In this document: piece after piece, positions 62,293 to 64,000 of the stretch | How positions within the stretch are numbered: the stretch's first letter is position 1 | Layout: each line of letters starts with the position of its first letter | Assembly: GCA_032718475.1 (NCBI GenBank) | Contig: JAUCBJ010000326.1 | Location: forward strand, 35,951-99,950 | DNA: 64,000 bases | Direction: 5' to 3' | Origin: Nemertoderma westbladi | Taxonomy: Eukaryota; Animalia; Xenacoelomorpha | Made by a program: the position numbers and the translations under genes | Notes under the pieces: model-generated | What the model was told of the DNA's origin: nothing | Database searches by the model: none | What the model saw: only the letters and a program-made list of their open reading frames with translations

Positions 62293-62958
62293 GGGCAGGG
62301 GGCATTGTTTTGTGGGCATTGCTTTTTAATGGCCTTTTAAGTACATGGTCTAAAGTAGGCCATTTTGCTGCTATTAAAATTCAATAAACATGTCCACTTT
62401 CAGTGAGAAATAGTAAATAAATTCAGAAAATAAAAAAAGTTAATGAAAATATAAATCGTAAGATTGATATTATGAAATGTAAGCAAATAAGACAATACCG
62501 ATGGATCGTAATATTGTTATTTTCGCAGACTACATATTAAATTTAGAAATGAAGCGACATATTAAACACCTTTAACTAAGAATTATATTTTGTCATGAAA
62601 TCGGCTATTTCTCCGCCGATTTTTGCTGGAATGATTTGAAATTTGTTCAGAATTGTTGACACTTGTTCAGTATACCATTTGCACAAAAAGGCACTTTTGG
62701 CCACAGCAGAGTGCCATTTTGTGGCCTATTTTTTTAATTATTTGGTTTGGCCATTTTTAAACACACCAGACAATAATTAGTACCACAAAAAATAACTTTC
62801 AAATATAGTTTGAGATTTTAAAATGTTTCAGATTTAGTCATTAAAAATGTATGTTAATTCTAGGAAAAGTTAAGGGATTTGAATATTGAGTATTTCTGTG
62901 AATACAGACTCAGACACACACGCGCACGATGTTACCCCCCCCCCCCCCCCCCCCCCCG

Positions 62959-64000
62959 TGAAGTGCGATATCAAGATTTCCTTAGAATATGCCCTGAATT
63001 AGATTAGAAATACAGAGATATGAAATGGCCCTAAAACCTAAAACAAATATATTAAATGGCCTTCCCAGGAAAATACACCCATGTTAGATTGAGTTCATAA
63101 TCTACAGTTAATTACTTTAAATTTATTAACAGTGGCCCCTTTATAATATCAAAATATAAAATATGGCCCTAAATTCGTAAATTAATTTTATTGATGTCTA
63201 TTGGCAGAAATAGACTGGCAGACAGACATGTGTCAAACGGAAAAGACAGGGGTAGGATAATTGAGATTACTATCAGAGATGTTAGGCAAAGGTGGCTTCT
63301 ACTGCTTGCCTTGCCATTTGCCCATAGCCTTATAAGTTAATAATAAAAGTAAGTAATAATCGGTTCATAAGTGGCTTGTAAGCCGCTTACAAAAGGCATT
63401 TTATTATTAGGGTCGTAAAGTGAAATCCTTTTCCAGTTTCGTTATTTATGATACGTTAAGAAGAAACTTGTGAAATCAGTACTATAGTACCTGTAAATTT
63501 CAAATTATATCAGGCTCAGCATATTATAGTTACCCCACTCCCCTCATACCTCCCATACCATTGTTTACAGCAGTTATTGTATTATATAATAAATAATATC
63601 CACCAAAATCCAAAATCCCAATTGAAGTGCGATATCAAGATTTCCTTAGAATATTCCCTGAATTAGAAATACAGAGATATGAAATGGCCCTAAAACCTAA
63701 AACAAATATATTAAATGGCCTTCCTAGGAAAATACACCCATGTTAGATTGAGTTCATAATCTACAGTTAATTATATTAAATTTATTAACAGTAGTGGCCC
63801 CTTTATAATATCAAAATATAAAATATGGCCCTAAATTCATAAATTAATTTTATTGATGTCTATTGGCGGAAATAGACTGGCAGACAGACATGTGTCAAAC
63901 GGAAAAGGCAGGGCGAAGGATATTTGGGATTACAAGAGATTACAATGACAGAGATGTGAGGCAAAGGTGGCTTCTACTGCTTGCCTTGCTATTTGCCCAT
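62959..64000 (+). repeat. Diverged ~370-bp direct duplication (62959-63325 and 63623-64000)
   Basis: TGAAGTGCGATATCAAGATTTCC...GGTGGCTTCTACTGCTTGCC present twice, offset ~664 bp. Confidence 0.92.

Overview
AT-rich, repeat-dominated eukaryotic (invertebrate-type, probably protostome) genomic window that looks heterochromatic. It contains one clear host gene, an intronless and divergent egghead/BRE-3-type GT2 beta-1,4-mannosyltransferase (15651-17006, minus). The rest is mostly repeats. These are a 15.5-kb GC-rich 54/55-bp satellite carrying two identical 5'-truncated RTE insertions, a nearly perfect 5.9-kb (TATTGG)n array plus a (TATTGCG)98 array flanking a truncated non-LTR RT, and a 63-bp satellite. 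There is also a Kolobok-type element with a YqaJ-nuclease remnant, two Academ DNA transposons (one nearly intact), a near full-length two-ORF LINE with intact ORF2, L2/RTE/Gypsy relics and several MITE/HINE-like elements. The most unusual structure is 22.4-34.9 kb. There, same-polarity CAATAC-type arrays start at retroelement-like 3' ends and enclose a LINE joined by CAAT/CCAAT microhomology, and the whole block sits between inverted repeat arms. Family assignments rest on motif recognition by eye; no database search was run. Most ORFs in the supplied track are artefacts of repeats.
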